A stretch of 64,000 bases of DNA from Escherichia coli. Its GTDB lineage: Bacteria; Pseudomonadota; Gammaproteobacteria; Enterobacterales; Enterobacteriaceae. The stretch lies in the NCBI RefSeq assembly GCF_029227855.1, contig NZ_CP074356.1; one strand, written 5' to 3'. Shown piece after piece: positions 55,701-64,000 of the stretch. Under the pieces are notes generated by a model. That model was not told where the DNA came from, ran no database searches, and worked only from the letters and a program-made list of their open reading frames with translations. Position numbers and translations under genes: made by a program. How positions within the stretch are numbered: the stretch's first letter is position 1; every line of letters begins with the position of its first letter.

Positions 55701-55938
55701 TTTTAACAGCATATTTCTCTTCCAGTAATGCCACCAGCCACTTGAAGGAATTTTGTTGTTCCTGGGACCATTTGGGGCTGTGTGATTCAAGCTGGAGCGA
55801 TGCCAGTGTTGGTTGCATTTGTTCCCTGGGAATTGACAATGCCAGATATGAAAATGCGACAGTAAGGGCATTAACATCATCCCGAAGCCTGGAAATGCAG
55901 TCGAGCAACTCCTGAAGAGAAATGGTGTTATTGTCCAT
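55666..55938 (-). CDS. hypothetical protein, antisense to the lysis cassette (90 aa)
   Basis: Minus-strand ATG at 55936-55938 preceded by AAGAGGA; 3' end overlaps the convergent 114-aa ORF by 35 nt. Confidence 0.45.
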   Translation of the reverse strand: MDNNTISLQELLDCISRLRDDVNALTVAFSYLALSIPREQMQPTLASLQLESHSPKWSQEQQNSFKWLVALLEEKYAVKINIPAESSDNQ

Positions 55939-56043
55939 AAATAATCCTCTTGATTGTATTTACCTGTTCTCCGCCTGATTCAACAGGTTGGGACAGATAA
56001 ACATATCCTGGGTTCAGAAATCGATAAATCCTGATAAATATCC

Positions 56044-56577
56044 ATGAACGTAAAAGTCAAATACGGCCTGTCGGCTGCCGTTCTGGCGCTGATTGGTGCT
56101 GGTGCATCTGCTCCCCAGATACTTGACCAGTTTCTGGACGAAAAAGAAGGTAACCACACAATGGCATACCGTGATGGTTCCGGCATATGGACCATCTGTC
56201 GGGGTGCCACAGTGGTGGATGGAAAACCCGTTTTTCCCAATATGAAACTGTCGAAGGAAAAATGCGACCAGGTTAACGCTATTGAGCGTGATAAGGCTCT
56301 GGCATGGGTGGAGCGCAATATTAAAGTACCACTGACCGAACCACAAAAAGCGGGTATCGCGTCATTTTGTCCCTATAACATTGGCCCCGGTAAGTGTTTT
56401 CCGTCGACGTTTTATAAACGGCTGAATGCTGGTGATCGTAAAGGTGCATGCGAGGCGATTCGCTGGTGGATTAAGGACAGGGGGCGTGATTGCCGCATTC
56501 GTTCAAATAACTGTTACGGTCAGGTTATTCGTCGTGATCAGGAGAGCGCGTTAGTGTGCTGGGGGATCGACAGATAA
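56044..56577 (+). CDS. rrrQ: SAR-type endolysin (lysozyme), 177 aa
   Basis: ORF track 177 aa; N-terminal signal-anchor-release segment LSAAVLALIGAGASAP; motifs shared with lambdoid lysozymes (WTICRG, LNAGDRKGACEAIRWW, CWG). Confidence 0.82.
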   Translation: MNVKVKYGLSAAVLALIGAGASAPQILDQFLDEKEGNHTMAYRDGSGIWTICRGATVVDGKPVFPNMKLSKEKCDQVNAIERDKALAWVERNIKVPLTEPQKAGIASFCPYNIGPGKCFPSTFYKRLNAGDRKGACEAIRWWIKDRGRDCRIRSNNCYGQVIRRDQESALVCWGIDR

Positions 56578-56875
56578 GCAGAATATTTCTCTGAAAAATG
56601 ACGTTGGCCAACGCGAGTGGATAACACGATATTCGTCATAAATGAATTGAAGTAGTGAATAAGAGCAGAACCCCCGATTGCGCGAACAGTCGGGTTTTTT
56701 GTGTTTCCTGACTCCGGAAAAGCCAAAGGAGAAAGTGTGTTTGATTTTAGCAAACTGATTCGGGAGATTCGAACTATGGTTGAAAAATTATCCACCTGGA
56801 AATTCATTCTTTTCTGGCTGGTGTTTGCGATTATGGCCTCCGGTTATTTCATTGCTCAGATACGCTGGTGGTGAA

Positions 56876-57340
56876 ATGAAACCGGTTCTGTATGCGGTGA
56901 TTGTTATTCTACTGGTGGTCAGTGGTGCGCTGTTGCTGGCAATAGCCCATTACCGCGATAATGCCATCATCTACAAAGAGCAGAGAGATGATGCGAAGAC
57001 AAAACTCAGCCAGGCGAACGCAGCCATTACTGACATGCAGCAGCGCCAGCGTGATGTTACTGCACTCGATGCAAAATACCTGAAGGAATTAGCTGATGCG
57101 AAAGCTGAAAATGATGCTCTTCGTGATGATATTGCCGCTGGTCGTCGTCGGTTGCACATCAGAGCAGTCTGTCAGAGCGTGCGTGAAGCCACCGCCGCCT
57201 CCGGCGTGGGTAATGCAGCCGCCCCCCGACTGGCAGACACCGCTGAACGGGATTATTTCACCCTCAGAGAGCGACTGATAATAATGCAAAAACAACTTGA
57301 AGGGGCACAGCTATACATTCGAGAGCAATGCCTCAGATAA
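56876..57340 (+). CDS. rzpQ: i-spanin Rz (about 154 aa)
   Basis: ORF 56780..57340; ATG 56876 ([26 protein letters not shown]...); N-terminal TM helix plus coiled-coil periplasmic domain. Confidence 0.8.
   Translation: MKPVLYAVIVILLVVSGALLLAIAHYRDNAIIYKEQRDDAKTKLSQANAAITDMQQRQRDVTALDAKYLKELADAKAENDALRDDIAAGRRRLHIRAVCQSVREATAASGVGNAAAPRLADTAERDYFTLRERLIIMQKQLEGAQLYIREQCLR
57096..57278 (+). CDS. o-spanin Rz1 lipoprotein (60 aa), embedded in Rz in the +1 frame
   Basis: ORF track 60 aa [24 protein letters not shown]...; lipobox VVGC; proline-rich ([15 protein letters not shown]). Confidence 0.78.
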   Translation: MRKLKMMLFVMILPLVVVGCTSEQSVRACVKPPPPPAWVMQPPPDWQTPLNGIISPSESD

Positions 57341-57657
57341 AAACCGGCCAAGGATAATCCGCTGAAGATTCGCCGGGGCTAGAGAGAGCCAAAGCTTTAA
57401 TTGACACCATTACTCATAGCAAGGCAATGCATCGTTTTTATGAGGTCAATAGATGCCTGATTTATTTCTGTGCTCCGTATCGTCGCTGTATTCCTTCGTT
57501 AACCATGAGTGTAGTCCGACGGGGAGCACGAGTGTATGGGAATAATAAAAAAAGATACACACCTGGGTTTACCGCTTTTATGCTTCGCGGGTTTGCTCTT
57601 CATGCAGCTAGTCCGGTACAGAGGTGTATGAAACCGGACTGCTGATTTAATTAATTC

Positions 57658-58062
57658 CTATATTAATGGTCTGTTATTTTCAACATCTTCCATGTACAAA
57701 AGATCGTGATCAAACGAATAGTAAAACCTTATGTTTTTATCTATATCTGTAATCCAGCGATAAACACCTGCTTTTGCTAAAGTGAGACGATATTGATGAA
57801 ATGTAGATTTACCTGATATAAGATTTCTGGCTGCTTCTTTAATTAATTCTGGTTTCTTTGATGTGCTAACTTTCACAAGTCCTCTACTGCCTCGAACTAA
57901 TAAAATATTATCATCATGAGTAATTAGTCTTATATTATCAGTAGCCAGATAATAAATATAATGCGCAATATTATGGCGTTTTAATTCGGAGTAAAACCAT
58001 GGGAAGTATAAATTACTTCTAACGTGTTCGAATATCTCTTGAAAAATATCTGCCTGCTCCAT
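57658..58062 (-). CDS. hypothetical AT-rich cargo protein (about 134 aa) between lysis and packaging modules
   Basis: ORF 57658..58083 (-, GTG); preferred ATG at 58060-58062 preceded by AAGAGGA; Tyr/aromatic-rich; no recognised motif. Confidence 0.5.
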   Translation of the reverse strand: MEQADIFQEIFEHVRSNLYFPWFYSELKRHNIAHYIYYLATDNIRLITHDDNILLVRGSRGLVKVSTSKKPELIKEAARNLISGKSTFHQYRLTLAKAGVYRWITDIDKNIRFYYSFDHDLLYMEDVENNRPLI

Positions 58063-58218
58063 CAGGAAATATCCTCTTGTCACTGCTACTTCTTACCATG
58101 AGCTTAGATAGTTTGCATGATTTGTTCTCTCACATCAATCTGATCCGACCTCATTGAGGTGGGCGTTGTGAATACCTGATAAGAAATGTGGGTCCTCCCA
58201 ATGGGGGAGGCTGGCACG

Positions 58219-58230
58219 GGGCGGGAGCGT
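58219..58230. other. candidate cohesive-end (cosN-like) site
   Basis: GGGCGGGAGCGT-CGCGG resembles the lambda cos start GGGCGGCGACCT-CGCGG; ~185 bp upstream of the terminase small subunit; next to palindrome CCTCCCaatgGGGGAGG. Confidence 0.3.
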
Positions 58231-58414
58231 CGCGGAAAAAGGCTAGTTTTTGCATTTCCATGGCGGCGGCAGCATGTTTGGTAATTTATTGATAATTAAA
58301 AGTTATTTCCCTTTTCACCTGTACAATATTTTTTTCTTCCTGTCATTAGACCAGTTTGCAATTAATTGAAATATATAAATAAACCTGATTTTCACCTGCC
58401 AGATGGAGTTGCTT

Positions 58415-58942
58415 ATGTCAAATGTGAGCGGGATCGGTGATGCTTATTACTGGAGTGTTTTTAAAATCGCCGAGGCCTTTGGGCTTCACCGGGACACAGT
58501 AAAAAAACGGCTCCTCGCGGCCAACACTCCTGTGGCTGCGACTGTCAGGGGGAACCCCGTTTACGCCCTGCAGCATGTCGGGCCCGCCCTGTTTAGTGTG
58601 AAGCATGAGGCAGCAGACTCTGTTCATGATCCATCCCGTATGGAGCCGAAAGAGAGAAAGGACTGGTACCAGTCTGAAAATGAAAGGATCAAGCTGGAAA
58701 AGGAGCAGCGAAAACTCATCCCAGTTGATGAAGTAGTCATCGTCTATTCGTCCATGAGAAAGGCTGTCGTCCAGGTTCTGGAGACAATTCCGGATGTTCT
58801 TGAACGCGATTGCGCTCTGACTCCTCAGGCCGTCGGCGTTGTACAGCAGGCCATTGATGACCTGCGATACACTCTTCAGGAAAAATCCTACGAGGCTTGT
58901 GCTGCTGAATTAATTCCTGATGAGGAAGGAGAGAGTCTCTAG
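58415..58942 (+). CDS. terminase small subunit (about 175 aa)
   Basis: ORF 58403..58942; ATG 58415 after GGAG; N-terminal HTH-like segment; directly precedes the large subunit. Confidence 0.75.
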   Translation: MSNVSGIGDAYYWSVFKIAEAFGLHRDTVKKRLLAANTPVAATVRGNPVYALQHVGPALFSVKHEAADSVHDPSRMEPKERKDWYQSENERIKLEKEQRKLIPVDEVVIVYSSMRKAVVQVLETIPDVLERDCALTPQAVGVVQQAIDDLRYTLQEKSYEACAAELIPDEEGESL

Positions 58943-58950
58943 GAGGAATA

Positions 58951-61050
58951 ATGGGTTTTTCATCAGCCCGAAATTTGGGAAGGGACATATCGGCAGGATT
59001 TTCCCCACCACGTCGCATGCCGATTTCGGAGGCTGTTAAAAAATTCATGCGTGTTCCCAAGGGGGCTGGTAACTCGGTGCCATGGGATCCTGAACTGACA
59101 CCCTACATCATTGAGCCCATGAACTGCCTGGCATCGCGTGAATACGATGCGGTGATTTTTGTTGGTCCTGCGCGAACAGGGAAGACCATTGGTCTGATCG
59201 ATGGATGGATTGTCTATACCATCGTTTGCGATCCTTCGGACATGCTCGTTGTGCAGATGACCGAAGATAAGGCCCGCGAGCATTCTAAAAAGCGCCTCGA
59301 CAGAACGTTCAGAAGCAGTGCGGCGGTAAAGAAAAGAATGAGTCCACGTCGTAACGACAATAATGTCCATGATAAGAAGTTCAGGGATGGCTCGTTCCTT
59401 AAAATTGGTTGGCCCTCGGTCAACATTATGTCGTCGTCGGATTACCGGTTTGTCGCCTTAACCGATTACGACCGTTTTCCGGAGAATATCGACAGCGAGG
59501 GTGATGGTTTCTCCCTGGCCTCAAAACGTACCACCACATTTATGTCCGCCGGGATGACTCTGGTGGAGAGCTCGCCGGGACGTGACATCTGCGACAGCAA
59601 ATGGCGACGTAAGTCGCCTCATGAAGCGCCACCGACGACTGGTATTCTTTCCCTTTACAATCGTGGTGACCGCCGCCGCTGGTACTGGCCATGTCCGCAC
59701 TGCGGTGAATATTTTCAGCCAGCTATGGATGCCATGACCGGCTACCGTAATGAACCGGATCCCTTTAAAGCCAGTGAGGCGGCGTATCTACTTTGCCCGC
59801 ACTGCAGCGGCATTATCACTGCGGAGAAAAAGCGTGAGCTCAATAGTGCAGGAGTCTGGTTGCGTGAAGGTCAGGTCATTGATCGTAACGGCAACGTTTC
59901 CGGTGAACCGCGCCGCTCCCGTATCGCCAGTTTCTGGATGGAAGGGCCAGCTGCTGCGTATCAGACCTGGGCGCAACTGGTTTACAAATTACTGACTGCA
60001 GAACAGGAGTATGAAGCGACAGGAAGCGAAGAAACACTCAGGGCGGTTATCAACACCGACTGGGGATTGCCTTATCTTCCTCGTGCCAGCATGGAGCAAC
60101 GAAAAAGTGAACTGCTTGAGCAGCGGGCAGAGCCAGTTCCTTCCTGCAGTGTGCCGGATGGCGTTAATTTCCTTGTGGCGACAGTGGATGTGCAGGCGGG
60201 ACGTCATCGCCGTTTTGTGGTTCAGGTAACTGGCTATGGCAGTCGTGGCGAACGCTGGATTATTGATCGTTACAATATCACGCAGTCATTGCGCAGTGAC
60301 TGCGACGGGGAGAGCCAGCGAATTGATCCGGCCAGCTATCCGGAAGACTGGGATGTCCTGCTGACGGATGTTTTTCATAAAAGCTGGCCGCTGGCCTCCG
60401 ATCCTTCTCAACAAATGCGACTGATGGCAATGGCGGTGGACTCCGGCGGTGAAGACGGGGTCACTGATAATGCCTATAAATTCTGGCGTCGTTGCCGTCG
60501 TGATGGCCTTGGTAAACGTATTTACCTGTTTAAGGGCGACAGCATCCGGCGCGCAAAACTGATCACCCGTACATTCCCTGATAACACCGGACGAACGGGC
60601 CGACGGGCGCAGGCCGCAGGTGATGTGCCGCTCTGGCTTCTTCAGACGGATGCACTGAAAGACCGGGTGAATAACGCGTTATGGCGTGACTCGCCAGGTC
60701 CCGGCTATGTGCATTTCCCTGACTGGCTGGGGAGCTGGTTTTACGACGAACTGACGTATGAAGAGCGGAGCAGTGACGGGAAATGGAGTAAGCCGGGTCG
60801 CGGTGCCAACGAAGCTTTTGACCTGATGGTGTATGCCGAGGCTCTGGTCATTCTGCATGGATACGAAAAGATCCGCTGGCCGGATGCACCGGAGTGGGCG
60901 AGCCGGGAAACCTGGCTGGAGTGTGTCCCGGACAGTACCGAACCGTCACCCTCACCGGAACCGGTATCCACGCCTGTTAAAAAACAAAAACGGAAGAAAA
61001 CAGTAACTGACGATGTTAACCCCTGGCTGACTTCCGGAGGATGGTTATGA
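58951..61050 (+). CDS. terminase large subunit (699 aa)
   Basis: ORF track 699 aa; AGGAGG SD; Walker A VGPARTGKT; lambda gpA-like layout. Confidence 0.92.
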   Translation: MGFSSARNLGRDISAGFSPPRRMPISEAVKKFMRVPKGAGNSVPWDPELTPYIIEPMNCLASREYDAVIFVGPARTGKTIGLIDGWIVYTIVCDPSDMLVVQMTEDKAREHSKKRLDRTFRSSAAVKKRMSPRRNDNNVHDKKFRDGSFLKIGWPSVNIMSSSDYRFVALTDYDRFPENIDSEGDGFSLASKRTTTFMSAGMTLVESSPGRDICDSKWRRKSPHEAPPTTGILSLYNRGDRRRWYWPCPHCGEYFQPAMDAMTGYRNEPDPFKASEAAYLLCPHCSGIITAEKKRELNSAGVWLREGQVIDRNGNVSGEPRRSRIASFWMEGPAAAYQTWAQLVYKLLTAEQEYEATGSEETLRAVINTDWGLPYLPRASMEQRKSELLEQRAEPVPSCSVPDGVNFLVATVDVQAGRHRRFVVQVTGYGSRGERWIIDRYNITQSLRSDCDGESQRIDPASYPEDWDVLLTDVFHKSWPLASDPSQQMRLMAMAVDSGGEDGVTDNAYKFWRRCRRDGLGKRIYLFKGDSIRRAKLITRTFPDNTGRTGRRAQAAGDVPLWLLQTDALKDRVNNALWRDSPGPGYVHFPDWLGSWFYDELTYEERSSDGKWSKPGRGANEAFDLMVYAEALVILHGYEKIRWPDAPEWASRETWLECVPDSTEPSPSPEPVSTPVKKQKRKKTVTDDVNPWLTSGGWL

Positions 61051-61259
61051 ACCAGAATGATATCGAAGCCATGATTCAGCGTTATACGGAAGCTGAAATG
61101 GCGGTGCTGGACGGAAAATCCGTCACCTTTAATGGTCAGCAGATGACCATGGAAAACTTATCTGAGATCCGGCAGGGACGGCAGGAGTGGGAGCGCCGCC
61201 TTGCGGCTCTGATTACACGACGACGGGGGCATCCCGGGTACCGGCTGGCGAGGTTCTGA
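61047..61259 (+). CDS. head-tail joining protein, gpW-like (70 aa)
   Basis: ORF 61041..61259; ATG 61047 after GGAGG; overlaps terminase stop and portal start (TGATG). Confidence 0.6.
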   Translation: MNQNDIEAMIQRYTEAEMAVLDGKSVTFNGQQMTMENLSEIRQGRQEWERRLAALITRRRGHPGYRLARF

Positions 61260-62767
61260 TGGCAATTCTTGATGATGTGATTGGCGTTTTTTCACCAGGA
61301 TGGAAAGCGGCAAGGCTGCGTTCCCGGGCGGTGATCCAGGCTTATGAGGCCGTAAAAACGACGCGGACACACAAAGCCCGGCGGGAAAACCGAACTGCCG
61401 ACCAGTTAAGCCTCTACGGGGCCGTGTCGTTACGTGAGCAGGCCCGTTACCTTGATAACAACCACGATCTGGTCATTGGTGTATTTGACAAGCTGGAAGA
61501 ACGGGTGGTGGGGAAAAACGGGATTATTGTCGAGCCACATCCGGTATTACGCAATGGGGCCATTGCCCGTGATCTGGCAGCGGAGATACGCACCCGATGG
61601 AGTGAATGGTCTGTCAGTCCGGAAGTTACCGGGCAGTTTACCCGTCCGATGCTGGAACGTCTGATGCTGCGTACCTGGCTGCGCGATGGTGAGGTGTTTG
61701 CCCAGATGGTTTCCGGGCGCATAAACAGCCTGACGCCTTCTGCCGGTGTTCATTTCTGGCTGGAGGCACTCGAGCCAGACTTTATTCCCATGACCAGTGA
61801 TGAGAGCAACAGGCTGAATCAGGGCGTGTTTGTTGATGACTGGGGGCGTCCCGAAAAATATCTGGTGTATAAAAGTCGTCCTGTATCCGGACGGCAGATG
61901 GAAACCAAAGAAGTGGATGCAGAGCGAATGCTGCATCTTAAATTTGTTCGCCGTCTGCACCAGATGCGCGGGACGTCTTTATTGTCCGGTGTGCTGATCC
62001 GCCTCAGTGCCCTGAAAGAATATGAAGATTCTGAGCTGACTGCAGCAAGGATCGCTGCTGCTCTGGGGATGTACATCCGCAAAGGCGACGGACAGAGCTA
62101 TGAAACGGATGGTAATGACAGCAAGGAGAATGAACGCGAGCTTACCATTCAGCCAGGCATTATTTACGACGATCTGAAACCCGGCGAAGAAATCGGAATG
62201 GTGAAGTCGGATCGCCCCAATCCTAACCTTGAAACTTTTCGTAATGGTCAGTTGCGTGCCGTGGCGGCGGGCAGTCGTCTGAGTTTTTCCAGTACAGCGC
62301 GCAACTATAACGGCACTTACAGCGCCCAGCGTCAGGAGCTGGTTGAATCCACTGATGGCTACCTGATCCTGCAGGACTGGTTTATTGGTGCCGTCACCCG
62401 CCCGATGTATCGTGCCTGGCTGAAACAGGCTGTGGCATCCGGTGTTATCAGGCTACCCCGCGATCTTGACCGTTCTTCACTGTATACCGCGGTGTATTCC
62501 GGACCGGTGATGCCGTGGATTGACCCTGTTAAGGAGGCTGAGGCCTGGAAAATTCAGATTCGTGGTGGAGCGGCGACAGAATCAGACTGGGTACGTGCAG
62601 GTGGTCGTAATCCGGATGATGTCAAACGTCGGCGCAAGGCAGAAATTGATGAAAACCGCAAGCTGGATCTGGTATTTGATACCGATCCGGCCAGTGATAA
62701 AGGAGGCAGCAGTGCCGCAACGAAACGACAGGAGCCGCAGCACACCGACGACCAGTCCGAAGAATAA
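61259..62767 (+). CDS. portal protein (502 aa)
   Basis: ORF 61187..62767; ATG 61259 (MAILDDVIGVFSPGWKAARL...); size and position after terminase/gpW. Confidence 0.88.
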   Translation: MAILDDVIGVFSPGWKAARLRSRAVIQAYEAVKTTRTHKARRENRTADQLSLYGAVSLREQARYLDNNHDLVIGVFDKLEERVVGKNGIIVEPHPVLRNGAIARDLAAEIRTRWSEWSVSPEVTGQFTRPMLERLMLRTWLRDGEVFAQMVSGRINSLTPSAGVHFWLEALEPDFIPMTSDESNRLNQGVFVDDWGRPEKYLVYKSRPVSGRQMETKEVDAERMLHLKFVRRLHQMRGTSLLSGVLIRLSALKEYEDSELTAARIAAALGMYIRKGDGQSYETDGNDSKENERELTIQPGIIYDDLKPGEEIGMVKSDRPNPNLETFRNGQLRAVAAGSRLSFSSTARNYNGTYSAQRQELVESTDGYLILQDWFIGAVTRPMYRAWLKQAVASGVIRLPRDLDRSSLYTAVYSGPVMPWIDPVKEAEAWKIQIRGGAATESDWVRAGGRNPDDVKRRRKAEIDENRKLDLVFDTDPASDKGGSSAATKRQEPQHTDDQSEE

Positions 62768-62779
62768 TTCCTGGTTCAG

Positions 62780-64000
62780 GATGCAGGCTGGTCACCAGAG
62801 TGACGCGGATATTTATATTTATGACGAGATTGGTTTCTGGGGTGTTACAGCGAAGCAGTTTATCAGTGATCTGAATGCACTGGGCGATATCACCCACATT
62901 AATCTCCATATCAATTCACCGGGTGGCGATGTCTTTGAAGGCATCGCCATTTTTAATGCGCTGAAAACACATGGTGCGTCCATTACCGTTTATGTCGACG
63001 GTGTGGCGGCGTCAATGGCGTCGGTCATTGCGATGGTGGGAAACCCGGTCATTATGCCGGAAAACACCTTCATGATGATTCATAAACCATTTGGCTTTAC
63101 GGGCGGTGATGCGGAGGACATGCGCACCTATGCCGACCTGCTCGATAAGGTTGAGGCGGTTCTGTTACCCGCTTATGCACAGAAAACCGGGAAAACCACC
63201 GATGAAATTGCTGCCATGCTGGCGGATGAGACCTGGATGTCCGGTGCCGAATGTCTGGCACATGGATTTGCTGATCAGGTGACGCCAGCCGTTAAGGCAA
63301 TGGCATGTATTCAGTCAAAACGTACAGAGGAATTTAAAAAGATGCCGGAATCCATTCGAAACATGATTACTCCGCCACGCAACAGTGCTCCACGCGTACA
63401 GGATGATGAACCTGCAGCCTCCCGGACGCCAGTGCAGGCAGCAGCACCCGTGGTGGATGAAAACAGTATCCGTGCGCAGGTACTGGCAGAGCAAAAAGCG
63501 CGTGTAAACGGTATTAATGATCTGTTTGCCATGTTTGGCGGGCGTTATCAGACGCTGCAGGCTCAGTGTCTTGCCGATCCTGAGTGTTCGCTGGAGCAGG
63601 CCCGCGAAAAGCTGTTGAACGAGATGGGGCGCGAGTCCACGCCATCCAATAAAAATACACCGGCTCATATTTATGCTGGTAACGGTAATTTTGTGGGGGA
63701 CGGGATCCGCCAGGCGCTGATGGCGCGTGCCGGATTTGAAAAAACCGAACGTGATAATGTCTACAACGGGATGACCCTGCGTGAATATGCCCGTATGTCA
63801 CTGACTGAACGGGGTATTGGGGTTTCCGGTTATAACCCGATGCAGATGGTCGGTGCGGCGTTCACCCACAGTACGTCTGACTTCGGTAATATTCTGCTGG
63901 ATGTTGCGAACAAAGCCATTCTGCAGGGCTGGGAAGATGCTCCTGAAACCTATGAACAATGGACGCGGAAAGGTCAGTTGTCTGATTTTAAAATTGCCCA
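62780..64000 (+). CDS. prohead serine protease (ClpP-like) fused to scaffold/capsid region; 3' end beyond the window
   Basis: Hand translation MQAGHQSDADIYIYDEIGFWGVTAKQF...INSPGGDVFEGIAIFNALKTHGASITVYVDGVAASMASVIAMVG... (ClpP-type motifs); frame open to position 64000. Confidence 0.8.

Larger units (their letters stand above)
37380..64000. mobile_element. lambdoid (Qin-like) prophage, left end plus at least 26.6 kb; right end outside the window
   Basis: Canonical order int-xis-exo / dicB-dicF / dicA-dicC / replication / Q / holin-endolysin-Rz / terminase-portal-protease-capsid; AT-rich accessory cassettes; boundary placed where the ydfJ-like frame loses its expected sequence. Confidence 0.88.

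Noticed and set aside
57427-57645. 72-aa plus-strand ORF after Rz
   Set aside because: Cys/Arg-rich, no SD, sits in an intergenic region; judged non-coding.

Overview
Enterobacterial chromosome segment, recognisably Escherichia coli. From 1 to about 37.3 kb is a conserved core block in this order: ydgA (5' end only), manA, fumA, fumC, tus with its adjacent Ter site, rstB, rstA, ydgC, folM, ydgI, ydgH, pntA, pntB, tqsA, mdtJ, mdtI, ydgD, ydgU, asr, ynfM, ynfL, mlc, ynfK, clcB, dmsD, ynfH, ynfG, ynfF, ynfE, ynfD, ynfC, speG, ynfB, ynfA, rspA, rspB. From about 37.4 kb to the window end (prophage continues beyond 64000) is a lambdoid, Qin-like prophage that appears to be inserted in the 5' end of an MFS-transporter gene. 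Its order is: integrase, excisionase, RecE-like exonuclease, ydfD, dicB, DicF sRNA, dicA/dicC immunity switch, replication genes, an AT-rich four-gene cassette ending in an SMC/ABC-type coiled-coil ATPase, hokD, rem, ydfU, Q antiterminator, late-region cargo (lipocalin, TudS/DUF1722 protein, AraC regulator), lysis cassette (holin, SAR endolysin, Rz/Rz1), terminase, portal, head protease/capsid. The best candidate for an undescribed system is the AT-rich cassette at 46.3-49.1 kb, which sits where E. coli K-12 Qin carries relBE. All family assignments are from reading the ORF translations and from recalled knowledge; no database search was run. Coordinates of starts are my choice among in-frame ATG/GTG codons using Shine-Dalgarno context.
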